A stretch of 64,000 nt of DNA, taken from assembly GCA_036785375.1 (NCBI GenBank), contig JAWMAR010000064.1:3286001-3350000 (forward strand), written 5' to 3'. This DNA is from Leucoraja ocellata (taxonomy: Eukaryota). Shown piece after piece: positions 29,601 to 41,600 of this stretch. A program made the position numbers and the translations under genes. The notes beneath the pieces are model-generated. The model saw only the letters and a program-made list of their open reading frames with translations. It had not been told where the DNA came from and did no database searches. Numbering within the stretch: position 1 is the stretch's first letter; each line of letters starts with the position of its first letter.

Positions 29601-32600
29601 GATACAGTGAGGAAACAGGCCCTTCGGCTCACCGAGTCCACACCGACCAACGATCCCCGCACATTAACACTATCCGACACACATTAGGGACAATTTACTC
29701 TTATTCCAATCCAATTAACCAACAAACCTGTATGTCTTTGAAGTGTGGGAGGAAACCAAAGATCACGGGGAAGACCCACATGTTCACGGGGAGAACGTAC
29801 AAACTCAGTACAGACGGCAAGTGTGGTCGGGATCGAACCTGGGTCTCTGGTGCTGTAAGCGCTGTAAGGCAGCAACTCTGTAGCTGTGCCACCATACCGC
29901 CCTTTGTATTTTCACTGGAAGCCTATTTCCTATATTCTGTTCCAGCTCACTGGGATCCCAGTTCCCACGCTCCCTTAACACTCATTGCGACTTAGGATCC
30001 TGTCACTCTTCCAACTGACTGGAGCCCAGCTTCCCACGCTCCGTATAAACTTACTGGAAAAATTATCATAATACTGTATCAAATTTAGTAACCGAACAAA
30101 AAAAGTATTAAAGATGTGTTGACGTATTTAACATTCAATCAATGTCTGGAAAATCTTCAGTCAGACAACACTGAAGTCCCCCAGCATGCTGGGTTATTGT
30201 GGGTTTAATGTATTTAGTACTGGGAATAAATTGGAAGTTATCGCCTTTAACACCTTTCTACCTAAGGGAAATAACATATAACTCCCTCTCTTTAGAAGGA
30301 CTTTTAAGTAAAAAGTACAGCGCAGACACAGGCCCTTCAGCCCACCGGGTCCGTGCCAACCATAGATCACCCCGTACACTAGCACTATCCTACACACCAG
30401 GGACAATTTACAATTTTACCAAAGCAAATTAACCTACAAACCTGTACGTCTTTGGAGTGTGGGAGGAAACCGGAGCACCCTGAGAAAATCTATGAGGTCA
30501 CAGGGAGAAAGGACAAACTCCTTACAGACATTTGTAGTCAGGATCAAACCCGGGTCTCTGGAGGTGTAAGGCAACAACTCTACCGCTGCGGCACTGAGCC
30601 TCCTCCTTTATTACGGACCACATTAACTACTGTTTTTGAAAATGGAACTTAATAGAGGTGGTGTACTTTAGGTTTTAAGATGAACATTACTAACAATGGA
30701 AATTCCTTCCTTAGCTTGATCCTTTTCTTTGCTTGAGGGTAAGGAGATTACTAAAGCAAGTCTTTCTGCATTTTTAGGTGGTCCAACAGAAGAGTGACGA
30801 ATGTGATCACATTCAATTTTTGATTGAGCAAAAAGATACTGAAGAAGAGGATTTTTCAGAAGATCTGGATAGGTTTGAGGAGAATACCACCCAAGAATCC
30901 AGAATCAGTCCATTCACCTTCTGCAAAGCATTTCCTTTCCACATTATGTTTGATAGAAAATTAATGATTACGCAGTCTGGGAATGCAATTTATCGTGTAC
31001 TTCCACAGGTACGAACCAACTTCATTACAACTCAAGAAAATAAGTAATTTTCATCGGTGTTTGTCTTCATCTCTCTCCCTCCCCCTCCCTCTTCCTCTCC
31101 CTCTCCCTCTGCCCCTTTTCCGCTCTACTGTTGACGTTAAGTGAATTTGCTGTTACCAATGCAGATAAAAACGTTTCCTACCAGGTAGCCTATTAGGCCA
31201 AATTAGGACAATTTGGAATTTGATTCTAAATGATGATGGAACCTGCAATAATTTCATTTTCTGCAGCAGACTTACCAGCACGCATCTAATGACAATATTT
31301 AAAAAATGTGTGAAAAATCTTCAACGTTTAATACATTCATATTTTTAAAAACCATAACTTCACCTTTAGTTTTTATATGAGGCATGAGCAACTTATCTTT
31401 TTAAATGTTCAAGTTAATGTTCAAGAGTTTATTGTCATGTGTCCCAGATAGGACAATGAAATTATTGCTTTGCTTCAGCACAGAACAGAATATTCACAAC
31501 CGAATATTGTAGGCATAAATAAATACAGAACAGATCATTGTGTCCAGATACCATTGAATATATATATATACACAGTTTAAGAAAGAACTGCAGATGCTGG
31601 AAAAATCGAAGGTAGACAAAAATGCTGGAGAAACTCAGTGGGTGAGGCAGCATCTATGGAGTGAAGTAATAGTCTGAAGAAGGGTCTCGACCCGAAACGT
31701 CGCCTATTCCTTCGCTCCGTAGATGCTGCCTCACCTGCTGAGTTTATCCAGCATTTTTGTCTATCTTCTATCTTTTTAAATGAATCAGTTTGGGGCATGT
31801 GTGCCACCAACTGTGAATGGAGTGGGTCTGCTTTGGGTCAGACTGGCCTAAAGCTTGTAAGCAGCATTTTAAGGTGCCTTTCGGTGTTCTTGGAAATGAA
31901 TCTGACTGGTTTGAAGTTGCGTTCTCCTGATATCTGGTACTGCTTGCAGCCACTTGTCTGGGTAAAGCAGCCCACCATAAGCATGACACCTGCGACAATG
32001 TTTCTTGAAAGATACAAAGTAACTTCCGTGAGAAGAATATCTCGGGTGGATGCAGAGTCTCTTGCTCAGAGTAGGTGAATCAAGGACAAGAGTGACATAC
32101 AGAAAGTTTAATGTGAAGGGGAAAAGATTTAATAGGAATCTGAGGGGTACGTTTTTCACACAAAGGGTGGTAGGTGTATGGAACAAGCTGCCAGAGGAGG
32201 TAGTTGAGGCAGGAACTATCCCAACGTTTAAGAAACAGTTAGACAAGTATATGAATAGGATAAGTTTGGATATGGGTCAAACATGGGCAAGTGGGACTAG
32301 TGTAGTTGGGACATGATGGCAAGTTGGGCTGAAGGGCCTGTTACTACACTGTAAGTTTGTGACTATACTGTAACTCAGCAGGTCACGCAACATCTCTGGA
32401 GAACGTGGATAGGTGACGTTTCGGATTGAGACCCTTCTTCAGACTGATTATATGGGGGGGAGAAGAAAGGTATAAAATAGGCGGGGAAGAGCATGGCAGG
32501 TAATAGGTAGACACGGATGGCGAGGGGGGTGTTTTTTCACAGACAGATGGCTTGACAAAGGCCAGAGATGAACAGAAGGTGTGAGACACTTTTGTAGAGG

Positions 32601-35600
32601 TGTGGATAGTGAAGCCACAGGGAAGAAGGAGGGTGAGGGGGCAGGGGGGACGAGGGGAGAAGTAAATGGGAGCTCTGTCCTGCCTCTTCCCTTTCCGTGC
32701 TTCTCAAAAAATAATTATTCAAATGTTATTTCAGGTATTATTTATGGTCAGTGCTAAAATTAAGTAGACTTCAAATAGTAAAAAGATGATGTATGTTACT
32801 ACATATTAACAGGGAATCTCAGCAACCTCTTTATGATCATAAGCTTGTTATAGAAGGAAGATCCTGAGGAGCATCTTCAGATATATTGGTTTGTATTCCA
32901 GGTGATAGACAATAGACAATAGACAATAGGTGCAGGAGTAGGCCATTCAGCCCTTCGAGCCAGCACCGCCATTCAATGTGATCATGGCTGATCATCCACA
33001 ATCAGTACCCCATTCCTGCCTTCTCCCCATATCCCCTGACTCCGCTATTTTTAAGAGCCCTATCTAGCTCTCTCTTGAAAGCATCCAGAGAACCCGCCTC
33101 CACCGCCCCCTGAGGCAGAGAATTCCACAGACTCACCACTCTCTGTGAGAAAAAGTGTTTCCTCGTCTCCGTTCTAAATGGCTTACTTCTTATTCTTAAA
33201 CTGTGGCCCCTGGTTCTGGACCCCCCCAACATCGGGAACATGTTTCCTGCCTCTAGCGTGTCCAAACCCTTAACAATCTTATATGTTTCAAAGAGATATC
33301 CTCTCATCCTTCTAAACTCCAGAGTGTACAAGCCCAGCTGCTCCATTCCCTCAGCATATGACAGTCCCGCCATCCCGGAAATTAACCTTGTAAACCTACG
33401 CTGCACTCCCTCAATAACAAGAATGTCCTTCCACAAATTAGGAGGAGATCCTACCTTCCATTTCCATAATGCATACATAACATCTGCATTCCCAAATCTC
33501 TATTAAAACTAGAAATAAACAACTGCTGCTTGATTTTTTTTTCTCCTTTATCTTAGATAATGAAGTGGTTCAATTTCGTAGTCTTGATCTATTGCACTAT
33601 TAATGACCTATGGTTTGTAATTTTCCTTTCCTTTCTACTGTAGCTTCAGCCGGGAAACTGTAACCTTCTGTCAGTTTTCTCTTTGGTTCGGCCACACATT
33701 GACTTTACCTTCCACAGAATCCTCTCACATATTAACACAGTCTTTGTGTTAAGAAGTAAGGTAACTCACAGTTCACTTATCCTTTTTTTATTGACATTAC
33801 AATAACCATATCTGAATCAAAACCATTAAATAAGTAAACGTATTTAAAAAAAAAAAAAATCTATATATATATATTTTACTTGCTTTAGGAAGATTTGCTG
33901 AATGTAGAAAAGGCAGAATCTTACAATGATCTGACGGGTGCTGAGATCTGCTGTTTACGGTTGAAGGGGCAGATGATCTATTTGCCTGAAGCTGATAACA
34001 TACTTTTCCTGTGTTCTCCCAGGTATATTTTTCATGTGTCAAGCAGTTATACGTTAATTTTACAGAATTTCTAGACACGATGTATCCATATAAATTTTAA
34101 AGTAGCTTATTATTCTTTTCAAACATGTGAACAGGACACAAGTGGGTGAGGAACAAGTGGGTGAGGCTCCAGCACCCCTTGAACCTTTTTCAGCATTCAT
34201 TGCACTCATGGTAAATTTACACACATACCTGTACCGAGTCAACTACAATCCTTCACAGTATACAAAATTTACCAGGTTCAGTCTTGAGCGAGTCTTCGTT
34301 GACAAAGAATGAAAACTTATTCAAGACTTCAATCTACTCAAGGCTTACTCAGATCTGCCTTTCACAAACCTTCACAAATAGACAATAAACAATAGGTGCA
34401 GGAGTAGGCCATTTGGCCCTTCGAGCCAGCACCGCTATTCAATGTGATCATGGCTGATCATCCCCAGTCAGTACCCCGTTCCTGCCTTCTCCCCATATCC
34501 CCTGACTCCGCTATTTTTAAGAGCCCTATCTAGCTCTCTCTTGAAAGCATCCAGAGAACCTGCCTCCATCGCCTTCTGCGGCAGAGAAATTAACCAGTCT
34601 CAGTCATGAGTAAAGTCTTCATTGTCAAAGAAAGGCCCTCAAGGATTATAAATTCCAAAGGTTCACATATTTCAGAATGAAAAAGGGTCTTCCCCCATCA
34701 CATCCTGAAATGATAATCCCTAGTTATCAGGAGTTTCACTTGAGGACCTCACTTCACTAACTCAGGACACAGATGAAAAGGCAGTTTATGTCCAACCAAC
34801 AGCAAGATATTGTTGGACACACATTTGCTTGTCACGATCATGCCCAGCAATGACCACCCATCTCAAATGAATGTCTCAACCTTTCTAAATATTTTCTCAT
34901 GTTCAATCCAGTGTGATGAATTTGGATGACCTGACAAGGAGAGGCCTTTATCTCAGTGATATCCCGATGCATGATGCTACACGCGATCTTGTTCTGCTAG
35001 GCGAGCAGTTCAGAGAAGAGTACAAACTTACACAGGAACTGGAGATTTTGACTGATCGCCTGCAACATACTCTGCGAGAACTGGAAGAAGAAAAGAAAAA
35101 GACAGACAGGTAAGCTACTTCAGGCTAGGAAGTGAATTGTTTGTACAATTAATTTACAGCTCCGGTTGGTGGTGCAACTCACTGTTGCAGCGCCCCCTAC
35201 AGCCTGTCTGTCTTTTTTTATTTTTTTGTCTAGTTAAATGTAGTTGTTGTGTTTTTTTATACTGTTTTGAACCGTGTTTATGTGGGGGGTGGGAGGGAAC
35301 TTTTAAAAGTCTCTTCCCTGCACGGGGGACCCGACGTTTTCCCTGTTGGGTCTCCGTTGTCGTTGGGGCCTAGCACCGTGGAGCGGCCTCCAATCGGAAC
35401 GATCTGGGGGCTCCAGTCGCGGAGCCTGCGGAGCTGCGGACTACTCACCATCGTGGGGCTGGCCGGCCTCGGAGCGTGGGGAGCGGTGGTGGCTCGCTGC
35501 TGCGGATCGACTCTGGAGCTCCAGCGGTGCAACTTCTGTGGACTGTGATATCAGGAGCTCGCGGGTCCAGGTGAGAGACCGCTTTCCGGAGCTCCCATAA

Positions 35601-38600
35601 CACAACTACCCCAGCCCGTGTCGCGGGGTTAGAACGACCCGAAGCGGGGCCATACATCGCCCGGCGCGGCTTTAATGGCCGTGGGATATTCCAGCGCCCG
35701 CCGGGGGCTCCAACTTCGTGACATTTAGACCTGGAGTGGGGCCGTACATTGACCGGCGCGGCCTAAAATGGCCGTGGAACTCACCATCGCCCACCTGGAG
35801 CTTCAATATCGGGAGAAAAATGGAGAGCAGGGGAGAGAAAAGACTTTGCCTTCCATCTCAGTGAGGAGATGATTCACTGTGATGGATGTTTGTGTGAATT
35901 AAATTGGTTGTGTGTCTAGTAGGAATAATTTTTGTTTGTATGGCTGTAGAAACAGAGTTTCATTTGAGCCTCACTGAGGTTCAAATGACAATAAATATTG
36001 TATTGTATTGTATTTTTGGTACTGATATTAATTCATCTCAAGCCAGCAACATGAATACAGAGGACATTTTCTGTTATAAAAAAAACTGAGAAAAATAGCA
36101 CAGAAGGTTAGAAAGGCACAATAAAATTGTGTAAAACTATGAGATATTTTAACACAGGAGATTGGAAGAAACTCAGTGATGAAGGCAGGAAGGTAGACGT
36201 TGTCTATATGGATGTAGTAAGGTGTGTGATGTGGTTCTGTATGGTAGCCTCGTCCAGAGCACATGGGATCCAACAGCAACTGGCTAATTGAATCCAACAC
36301 AGGCTTGGCGATAGGAGGCAGAGTATAGTGGTGTAAGGATACCTTTCCGATTGAAGGTCCATAATCCTGATAAGTATGAGTAGATACATTTTGGGAAGAG
36401 GAGTAAGATATACAGTAAATGTTTGGGCACTAGGGAATGTTGACGAACTGAAAATGTAAAGGGATAAGTAAATAAATACCTGAAAGTGATAACACAGTGA
36501 GATAGGTTGGCAAAGAATGCAATGGCCTTGTACCTTCATAGGTATGGGCAAATAATACAAGAACTGGAATGTTTAAGAAGGAGCTGCAGATGCTGGAAAA
36601 TCGAAGATAGATAAAAATGCTGGAGAAGCTCAGCGGGTGAGAAGAAGGGTCTCAACCCTAAACGTCGCCTATTTCCTTCGCTCCATATATTCTGCCTCTC
36701 TTGCTGAGTTTCTCCAGCATTTTTGTCTACAAGAACTGGAATGGTAAGTTTACAACTTTACAAAACACCAGTTAGCCGCATTGGAGTATTGTGTGTAATT
36801 TTGCTCACCATTGTATAGGAAGGATGTGCTTGCACTGGAGATAGAACAGATTTGTAGGATGTTGGCTGGATTGGAGAACTTTAGTTATGAGGAGTGATAT
36901 GAATGGTTGGGCTTGTTTTCCTTGGAGCAGGGAGGCTGAGGGATGACGATAGAAGTAAATATGTTTTTGAGAGACGTAGATAGAGTGATGGTCAATTTTT
37001 TCTCCCATGATCAAGATATTAAGAAACAAGATAGAATAGGTTTAATAGGAATGAGTTTTAATAGGATTCTAAGGCGGAAGTCTTATAACGAGAGAGGGGT
37101 TGATATCTGTAATGTGCTGCCATTGGAGGTGATGGAATCCGATACAGTTACTAAGTTGAAGAGGCATTTAGGTAGATACTTCAATAGGAAGGACCAGGTC
37201 CTAATGTGGGCAAAAGGGATTAGGAGAGATGGACAAAAAGATCAGGATGGGCGTCATGGAAAAAGGTCCTGCTTCTGTTCTGCACAACTCTAGACTCTAT
37301 AAACAGAGGAGACAGACTCAAGATAATTGTCAAAACAGCAAGGGTAGAAATTATTATTTTTTTTAAAACTTGGCAAATTACGTGGATTGCCTTCCATGCA
37401 CTGAGTGACGCATGCAGATTAAATGGAAGCTCTCAAAAGTAAGTCAGTTGATGAAAAGCAATTCCAAGGCGCTAGAGAAAGAACAGGGATATTAGATAAA
37501 TTGCCTGTTCTTGCAGAAACTTAACGCGGGCATGGTAGACTAAATACATTGTTTTGTGGTTAATTAGTCAAAGATCGCATAATTTATTCACAGCACATTG
37601 ATAATATAGGTGGTGTAAATAAAATTACACGTTCAGTGGAAATAATTTCTAAATTCGTGCTCACTGATATTTCATGATGATAAGGTTGTGTAAAAACTAA
37701 AGGAGTAAAACTAAAATGATCAGTTATATCAGTTAGATTTACAGGTTATATGTATTTCCTGTCGGATTATGATGTTTAAGAATCACATAGCCTCCAAATG
37801 AAAATGTGAGAAATGATGTACATTTCAGATTGCACAAGTCTAAGTCATGTGCAGCAGCTCATGGAACATACCAATAATCTGGTGTGAATAAATGGGTGTC
37901 TTAAGGATAGGAAGTGGTAATGTAAGAATGAGCAGGTACAGCACTGGATATACTATTGCCCCTGCTGGAGGCTGCAGGTGGTTGCTGGAGGTTGCAGGTA
38001 GTGGAAGGTAAGACCTTCCGGCAACCACCATCAACTAGCATGGCAACCGGCTTCGACTAAAAAATTACCGATTTTTAAAACGGCAACCTATTTTTAGTCG
38101 CGGCAAGTTTTGAATTTTTTGAAATAATCGCCGGAACATAGAAGAAGCGGAAACCACTTTCGATCATTAGGGAGACTGACAAAAATCTCCGGGAACCTTG
38201 GGTGGTGCGCAAAGTCTCCAGAGGTTTCCGTTCAGGTTTCCTAAGTCAGACAGGGGCATTAGTCCTCCGATACACCCGTCACTCCACCTGGACTAGTTAC
38301 AGTATCAGCATTACTGACTCCCCACATACCCAGCAAGAAGTCAGATACCTACTGTGCCTCCTAGCTAACCTGGACTATTATGCTCTTCCACCCTCACCTA
38401 CTGCCTGCCACCACCCACCCTCGGACAATGCTGGACTCCACTGCCTGGACCAACATGCAGGAAATTAAAGCACATGTTACCTACCTAGACCAAAATGCTA
38501 ACAGTTCCCTTTTGGCCTCATCAACAGCCTTGCGGTCCAGGAATGAAGCCCTACTGGTACTCCTCTCTGGGGAATACAATCCCAGCCTATCTTGTCTCTT

Positions 38601-41600
38601 CCTGTAACTTCAAGGCAACAGATTGTAGGATCTCCTCTGTACTGACCAGTTAATTTACAACCTAATCGCAATGTGTGAATGTATGCTGCACCAAAGATCC
38701 TGTACCTGAAAATGGAACAAATACCTTTATTTAGTTCCCTTCATGCTGTGGTTTCATAGGATTCCCTTTGCTTGTTATAAAATATTTAGATAGATACCTC
38801 ACTGGATCTTGGTTTTGTCATTAACTAACATGCAAATTTTATTTTTAGACAAAAAATGAATAAGACGTAAACAAATTTGCAATGATGCTAACTCTTTGAA
38901 AGAAGCCCATAATAAATAATTTACAGTCCGTATTCTGAACAGTTTTGTGGTTGCATAGTGCACTATTCATCATTAGTTGTAGGGTGTGAGAACCAAGCTG
39001 TGAAGACCTATCACTGATAAATGGTCTGAAGAAGGGTCTCAACCTGAAAAAACACCCATTCTTTCTATCCAGAGATGCTGCCTATCCCACCGAGTTATTC
39101 CAGCATTTTGTGTCTATCTTCACTGATAAAGAGGACCTGCTTAAAACTGATTAAGTTTCACAACAGCTTTTCCTCAGTACCCCACAATCGTTCACAACTC
39201 TTGCCCCAACCCAATTGCAATTCTATCATTGACCTGGTCTTCCTTGTTGCAAAGATAATTTCTCCCTCTCACCAAAAGATGCCCAACTCTCCCCTCTGAG
39301 GCTCACAACCCATCCTCACTCCATGCAACATACGAACAAGATCTGCACCTGTTTTTCTTCATGTATTCTGCAATAGTGGAGGATAAGTATGGTCTTTGAG
39401 GCAGTTACTTCTGCATGGAATGTCCTACAGCAAATGCCCTTTAGACCTTTTGCAACAGAACTTTACAGCGGTAGACCCTCAAACAACTTGTATGTTGATC
39501 TGCTATGCACCTTCAATTTAAAGTGCCTTTTTAGGTGCGTAAAATTGAATTATTTTAAATGTTAGGAGAATATTTAAAACATTGAAAATCTGTATGCATT
39601 CATCCTTTTTCAGGTTACTGTATTCGGTTCTTCCCCATTCCGTGGCCAATGAGCTGAGACACAAGCGTCCTGTTCCTGCTAAACGTTACGACAATGTAAC
39701 CATCCTGTTCAGTGGGATTGTTGGATTCAACTCCTTCTGCAGTAAACATGCCTCAACTGAAGGAGCTATGAAAATTGTAAATCTCCTCAATGATCTTTAC
39801 ACAAAGTTTGACATCCTCACTGATTCACGCAAAAACCCTTATGTGTTTAAGGTGAGTTGCCCTGTTCTCATTTGGTTCAATTTAGAAGTAAATACAGGTG
39901 CACAACCTTTTATCCGAAAGCCTTGGGACCAGACACTTTTCGTAATTCAGAATTTTTCGGCTTTCGGAATGGAAGATTTTTAGCGTAGATTTTAACGGCT
40001 GGCTCAGTGGTAGAGTGCTCGGCTCATATCCGCAAGGTCGCGAGTTTGCGCCTCGATCCCGGCAGTTACTCGATCGCGAGTTTGAGTCTTCAATTTAGTT
40101 TTTTCTTGCAGAATAGGAGAGAATAGGGAGGGTTATGCTGGGATCATTCTCTGCGAAATAATCTTAGTGCGGGAGACAAGTGTAGGAGAGGTGTACTGAC
40201 TGTGTGGGCAGAACTTTGGAAGTGATTGCCCACCATTCTCAAAAGCCGCTGTGTCTCCCTGTCCCTCCAACTCCAGAGGAATCCGCTCCCCGATGGGCCG
40301 CTACGGCGACAAGTGGCAGTTCGCCCACAGCCCGAGCTGCGCCCCCTCATCCGCAACCCGGGTTCCTCTGGAGTTGGAGCGGAGCTGGGCTAGAGTTGCT
40401 GCTGGCTGTGAGTCTCCGGGATCTCCGTGCTTGCAGTCGGTGTCCCGTTGGTCCTGATGTCTCCTGTCCCCCCCCCCCCCCCCCCCCCCCCCCCGGAATG
40501 GAGCTGAGACTGGGAACTGTACCGCCCTTGCCCCCTCCCTCTGCAACTGCAAACAACCCCATTCTCCTGCTCACCTGCAAGGGCGGTACAGTTCCCAGTC
40601 TCAGCTCCTGTGCAGGGGGGTGGCCGGAGACGTCACAGCCCGAGCTGCGCCCCCTCATCCGCAACCTCAAGACCAAGACGCACCTTGCACACCATCAGCT
40701 TCGGTCCCTACGGGGAGCGTGTTCCTCTGGAGTTGGAACGGGGCTGGGCTGCTGCTGGCTGTGGGTCTCTGGGATCTCCGTGCTTGCAGTGGGCCTGGGG
40801 GCCGGTGTCCCGTTGGTCCTGACGTCTCCGGTGATTGGCACTAGCTCCGACGTGAAGACAGTGCAAAACCCCCGCGCCGGTGCAATGGGCGGGGAGCTGG
40901 AGAGGGGAGGGAAGGGGTCACACACATGGCTGGGAAGCAGAGGGGTGTAGGTGGGGTGAAACTTAAGGGAGCGACAATTTGCTGTTGCCTGCCCGCTGAG
41001 TTATAAAGTTCTCATGCAAGACTCACGATACACTGTGTATCGTGAGTCTACCGTGGGAACTTTTTAACTCAGCGGGCAGGCAGCAGCAGATTGTCAATTA
41101 TTAACCCTCCCGCGCAATATACCCTCACCTTCTCTTTTATGAATGGGGATTTAGTTCCCCTTTCTTTGAGGACCGACCGGAGGTTCCGCTGTCACCTCTG
41201 CGGGCCGCCCTCGGTGAGCGTTTTCAAGGACCTTTCTTCAAGGACTGAAAAAATGTCGCTATTCGGAGGTTTTCGTTATTTGGAACTTCGGATAAAAGGT
41301 TGTGCACCTGTATTATCATCTGGAAATTTGCCATTGGTTGCTGCTGAATTCTTGCAGTAGCTGTGCTTCACACTCCGATTCTAAAATCAATATATTTGGA
41401 CCAAACCTACATTTTTGTAATTGATTTCGAAGTGGAACCTTTTATGTTTCATGTATGTAGCAACATTCAACAAGGCTGGATTTTCATACTTGGATTTCTG
41501 CATGCTATTGGGCTATCACCTATCTCTGAAATGTTCAATAGAAATGGTGCAAATAGAATTGCCTGTAGAAGTTGTCAACTGACTTATTCTGTAATCTTTG

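Noticed and set aside
39997-40065. Functional tRNA-Met gene
   Set aside because: T-loop and B box are degenerate (GTTTGCGCC), the acceptor stem is poor, and it lies inside a transposon; treated as a tRNA-like relic
40204-40950. 248-aa ORF as a transposase or novel gene
   Set aside because: No DDE/D or HTH motifs; arises from GC-rich repeats and a poly-C run
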